Source: Mantamonas sphyraenae STR306 (lineage: Eukaryota > Protista > CRuMs). From it: a stretch of DNA of 64,000 bases. The notes under the pieces were generated by a model that was given only the letters and a program-made list of their open reading frames with translations, ran no database searches and was not told where the DNA came from. The DNA lies in the NCBI GenBank assembly GCA_026936335.1, contig JAPMXV010000021.1:1-64000 (forward strand). The letters run 5' to 3'. This document shows, in pieces, positions 60,135 through 64,000 of the stretch (within the stretch, counting starts at the first letter, position 1; each line of letters opens with the position of its first letter). A program made the position numbers and the translations under genes.

Positions 60135-61043
60135 CTACAGCGCATCCAGTGCCTGCAAGTCGGCTTCCAGGTCGTCAAAGTCGCTGAGGTCGCCATCGCT
60201 GAGGTCGCCCTCGTCCAGTTCGTCAAAGTCGGCAAACAGATCCAGATCCACGGGAGCAATCCCACCCTGGGTTGACTCCTGTGTGTCTTTCGTCACCTCC
60301 TCACGTGTGTGTCCTGCCGCCGGTTGTGTGTCCTGTGGTTGCGCCAAGCCCAGATTGGCTTCGAGCTCCTCCAGGCTCAACTCGTCTGTGGGTTCTGCAA
60401 ACTCACCCCACTCGTCATCTGCCACCTCCGTGAGCTTTGTGGCTCGTTCTCCCACCTGTGCACCTGGCAACTTGTCCTTGGCCGCCTCCATGGCGTGTGC
60501 AGCACGCACGTACTTTCGTTTGCGTCGCGCGAGGACAAACGCTTCTGCTTCTGCCTCCTCTTCCGCACGCAGCCGCTCCTCTTCGGCCTCCTGCGCCGCC
60601 TCCAGGTCTTTATCCACCTGTTGTTGCTCCTTCAACAGCGTGTGCATGTCCTCACTCGTCAGCTGCTGCGACGACAGCAGCTGTTTCCTGCGCTCGTGGT
60701 CCTTGATCACCTGCAACGCCGCAAGCGTCACTCGATGGCTGTCCTCATCCCCATACTCCCCGTCTCCTGTTGTATCTGTGTCACTTCCCGTCCCTTCCGT
60801 CTCCTTTTGTGCCGACAAAAGCGACACCGTGTCCTCAGGCCTCCTGCGTTTGCCAACACCACCCCTACCAGCCTCCTGGTCCTCCCCGGCCTCCTCGTCG
60901 TCGATCACAAACGCATCGTCGTCCTCGTCGTCCTCGGCTTGGATGCTGGTGTTGTGAAGATTGTGTTCGTCCAGTTTGGTGTGCCTGGGGCCTCTGGAGG
61001 CTGTGGCAGAGCCACGTAAGCACGAGCAGCAACACCCACCCAT
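60135..61043 (-). CDS. Gadkin/AP1AR-like acidic acylated protein
   Basis: MGGCCC myristoyl/palmitoyl start; EQQQVDK...EEERLRAEEEA coiled segment; DEWGEF AP-1 ear-binding-type motif. Confidence 0.6.
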   Translation of the reverse strand: MGGCCCSCLRGSATASRGPRHTKLDEHNLHNTSIQAEDDEDDDAFVIDDEEAGEDQEAGRGGVGKRRRPEDTVSLLSAQKETEGTGSDTDTTGDGEYGDEDSHRVTLAALQVIKDHERRKQLLSSQQLTSEDMHTLLKEQQQVDKDLEAAQEAEEERLRAEEEAEAEAFVLARRKRKYVRAAHAMEAAKDKLPGAQVGERATKLTEVADDEWGEFAEPTDELSLEELEANLGLAQPQDTQPAAGHTREEVTKDTQESTQGGIAPVDLDLFADFDELDEGDLSDGDLSDFDDLEADLQALDAL

Positions 61044-61123
61044 CGCTCTGCGCTTTCGCCTGCCTGCCCCCACGCGCTGCGCATGCACCACCACCGCAAC
61101 CCATTCACACCGACCCCACAAAG

Positions 61124-61803
61124 ATGACCGCCATCAGCATCGAGGCTGCCCTGTATGTGATGGGTGTGACTATCCTGGCCGTATGCGCCGCCGAGCTGGG
61201 CTCGTATCTGCTCGTCTACCGCCGCGAGTCGTACCAGCGCGCCAAGAAGCGTCTGGAACGTGACCAGAAGAAGCTGGACCAGCTCAAGGAAAAGCAGGAA
61301 CTGAGCAACAAAGGCGCCAAGAAACGCATCACTGCCCTGGAGACCAGCATCCAGGAGCAGAGCACAGAGATGAGCATGTACAATCTCGGAAGCACCCTCC
61401 CGCTCGTCGTCACATCCATCGGCGTCGTCCAGTACCTCAGCTATACGTACGTGTGTGTCCATTGCCTCCCGCATGTGTGTGTGCATGCCATCGCGTCACC
61501 GTCCCGTCTTGGAAAACGCAAGGAGGGGTGCCACGTCGCCGCTGTGCTGACACCCGTCGCCTTGTGTTCTTTGCCCCCCACAGCTTTGACAACCAGCTTG
61601 TGGTGCGACTGCCCTTCCAGCCCTTTTCCATCTTTGCCGGTCTGCTTCAGCGTGGTCTCATCGACGCAGCAGCCACCGATGGCTCGTACTTTGCCGTGTT
61701 CTTCATGACCAACATGCTCATCCGTGGCAACATCCGCCGCTTCTTCAACCTCAACCCGCCCAAGACCAAGTCCATGTTTGAGGTGCCCGAAGACGCCAGA
61801 TGA
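61124..61803 (+). CDS. TMCO1: TMCO1/EMC3-like ER membrane protein; exons 61124-61446, 61584-61803
   Basis: ELGSYLLVYR..Y, FD..VVRLPF.P, RGL....TD.S, IR.NI. Confidence 0.9.
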
Positions 61804-61929
61804 GCGTCATTTCGCAGCCCATCCGTTGGGTTCGTGCAAGCGAGACGGATGGGGACGAGGGATGACTCGCAGCGACGTCGGGCACAAACCAAAAAAGAAC
61901 ATCCGTCACACATCCATCCACACCATCCA

Positions 61930-62704
61930 ATGAGCATCCGTACGTTGTGCACGGGGCTTCCCCACGGGAGCCTCCACCCCACCCACCCACCCATACATGC
62001 TCATTCCCTCTTGCTGACACTGAACGGAACGGATGCGCGTAGTGGGCGAAAAGAGCACGACGACAACAAGCACGGGCTTCAGCACGGCTGACGAACTGCT
62101 GGCCAAGCTGCTGGCCGAGGAGCAGCAGATGTTGGAACGCAATGAGCAAATGGACGAGGCCATTGCTCGCAAGCTGGCTGCCGAGGCCGAGGCCGAGCGC
62201 GCCATTGCTCAGCGCAAGGAAGCACAGGCGCGCCTGCAGAAGCTGCGCGCCCAGGCGGACGAAGCACTGGCCCAGTCTCTTTACCAGCAGGAGAAGGAGG
62301 CTGTGGAGCAGCACGAGGCTGCAGGACTCAAGTACGTGGCGTGTGTGCATGTGTGAATGGCGAGAACAGAAGGGCAAACGGGTAGGGTGCGCGCCAAAAT
62401 CGGATCAACGGTCACTGACACGCTCCTTGTTTGAATTCGTGTCCATCTCACCGCGTGCGTACGCATGCTGTGTGTGCACAGGCATGCCCAGCAGCTGGAG
62501 GAGGCCATGCGCGAGTGGGAAGAGGTGGAGAAGAAGCAGATGGAGGAGGCTGACCTTGCCTTGGCGCGCAAGCTGGAGAAGGAATTGGGTTGCGAGGCCA
62601 GTGTCGAGGACGAGGCCAACGACAAGGAAAACGGCTCCGGTTCCACCTCCAGCAAGACTGTGGGTCGCCTTAAGCGACTGTTCTCCCGTGGGAAGCTTGT
62701 GTAA
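61930..62704 (+). CDS. Coiled-coil protein with four MIU/inverted-UIM-like motifs (CCDC50-like); exons 61930-61939, 62043-62331, 62482-62704
   Basis: DELLAKLLAEE, DEAIARKLAAE, DEALAQSLYQQE, DLALARKLEKE; two GTACGT introns with CTGAC and matching phases. Confidence 0.6.
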
Positions 62705-62833
62705 GCACAGCACACCCGGAATCTGGCATCGTGTGGACGGACGAGGGGCTTGACGCCCAAATTTTGTTCGTTCAGCGCATCCCACCGCATTTGCAAATCA
62801 ATGTACAATCGTCACCTGTCCTCCTTTTCATCC

Positions 62834-63913
62834 CTACTTACTCTCTTCATGTGTGTGTTCCTGTGTGGCCAGGGCGTCGTGCAGGGTCGCCAACTGTTCG
62901 GCGAGTGCGTCGTTGTGTGGATCAAGTTCCAGTGCACGCGTCATGCGTTGCAAGGCTGCTTGTTCGCACGCCTGTGCATCCTGCTGGCCCACAAGTTCAT
63001 GCTGGCCGCGTGAACACAGGGCAAGCATGGCACGTGCACACACATACTCTGTCTCTGCGTCGTCCGAGTTCTGTGGCACACACGAGGCCCAGTGTGCGGC
63101 TGCAGAGGCCCATGACCCGTGCTTTGGTTCGCACTCATCATCAGCGGTGCGTTGAAGCATTTGCACACAGGCGTCCAATGCCTGCACAGCAAAGGCTGTG
63201 TGTGAACTGGCAACGTCGTCGTCGTCGGGTACGAGTTCCAACCACGCAGCCAGCGTGGTTGCATCCACCACGTCCTGTACACTGCACTGACGGGTGTTGT
63301 ACACACGCAGACACAGGGTGGCGTATTCTACAGCCACCTCGGCGTCGTTCTGAAGGTCGCCCACTTCTTCCCAGCTCGCCTGGGCGTCCTGAAGCAAGTC
63401 CACAAACTCGTCGTCATGGCCATGGTCTTGCACAACCCCGTCAAGGTGCAGGTGCAACGCCACAGCCTGTTCCAAGATGATACGAGTGGTGCAGCGAGCC
63501 AACAAGCACCCGAGCTCCTTGAGTTGCCTCGTGTGCTCCTCCGTGTCGGCCACAGCCAGCATGTCGTCACACACGTCCTGAGCACGCTGGTTCAAGCCAC
63601 GTGCCTGGTGGAACAATGCTGGTTCCTCCTCCTCCATCCGTGCCAGCAGTTCGTACACACACGCGTGCCTGTGCCACGCCAGTACGGTGTCCACATCCAC
63701 CTTGGTCACCTTGACCCCATCCACCTGCGACGCATGCGCCCTGTCAAACCCGTCCTTGGCCTCCAGCAACATCACCATGGCCTCCACACCCTCCTCTCGC
63801 TCCGGATGTGCGTCAAGATACGCCACTGCCTGCTCCAACAACACCTGTGCCTCCTCCACCGTCCGACATGATGTGTCACCATGGCCCTCTCCACCCTTCC
63901 CCTCCACACTCAT
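62834..63913 (-). CDS. Alpha-helical/TPR-like hypothetical protein
   Basis: Open frame with C-terminal RALELDPHN TPR-like end; start codon uncertain. Confidence 0.6.
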   Translation of the reverse strand: MSVEGKGGEGHGDTSCRTVEEAQVLLEQAVAYLDAHPEREEGVEAMVMLLEAKDGFDRAHASQVDGVKVTKVDVDTVLAWHRHACVYELLARMEEEEPALFHQARGLNQRAQDVCDDMLAVADTEEHTRQLKELGCLLARCTTRIILEQAVALHLHLDGVVQDHGHDDEFVDLLQDAQASWEEVGDLQNDAEVAVEYATLCLRVYNTRQCSVQDVVDATTLAAWLELVPDDDDVASSHTAFAVQALDACVQMLQRTADDECEPKHGSWASAAAHWASCVPQNSDDAETEYVCARAMLALCSRGQHELVGQQDAQACEQAALQRMTRALELDPHNDALAEQLATLHDALATQEHTHEESK

Positions 63914-64000
63914 GATCCTTGCGAAACCTTCTTGGGTGCCGACGCGCGGCCGGGCTCCGATGGGACCAAAGCAACACCTCCGTCTCACATGAGTGCCTCC

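Noticed and set aside
1-64000. Alternative genetic code, CRISPR array, tRNA or rRNA genes
   Set aside because: TGA, TAA and TAG all terminate conserved proteins at expected positions; no spacer-repeat array or structured RNA gene was recognisable by eye

Overview
Left end of a chromosome from a GC-rich, extremely gene-dense, intron-poor eukaryote. The gene content suggests a free-living flagellated protist; the species cannot be identified from sequence alone. The standard genetic code is used, with TGA the most common stop. (CCCTAA)n telomere at 1-222 is followed almost immediately by two tandem copies of an unrecognised spliced gene. It encodes a putative nuclear protein built from 4 or 6 ~185-aa modules whose framework is highly conserved but which carry hypervariable residues on one face of a predicted helix. 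This is the best candidate for a new system: a modular, possibly programmable binding protein. From 9.1 kb onward about 24 housekeeping-type genes are packed with spacers of -8 to ~170 nt. They include Arc1p-like, ZIP, SURF1, Med25-like, RFWD3, tomosyn, Nup210, NHE, PKD2, PIH1, succinyl-CoA ligase beta, glomulin-like, APH-1, Gadkin-like and TMCO1. Also notable: a TM-SAM-pseudoCHAT-NACHT-ankyrin-Unkempt-zinc-finger NLR-like gene, a bacterial/phage-like HD-fold gene, operon-like stop/start overlap, tiny divergent spacers, and a C/G strand skew independent of gene orientation that inverts near 50 kb. Exon structures were built by hand from GT..AG, branch motifs and frame continuity; family calls are from motif recognition, not database searches.
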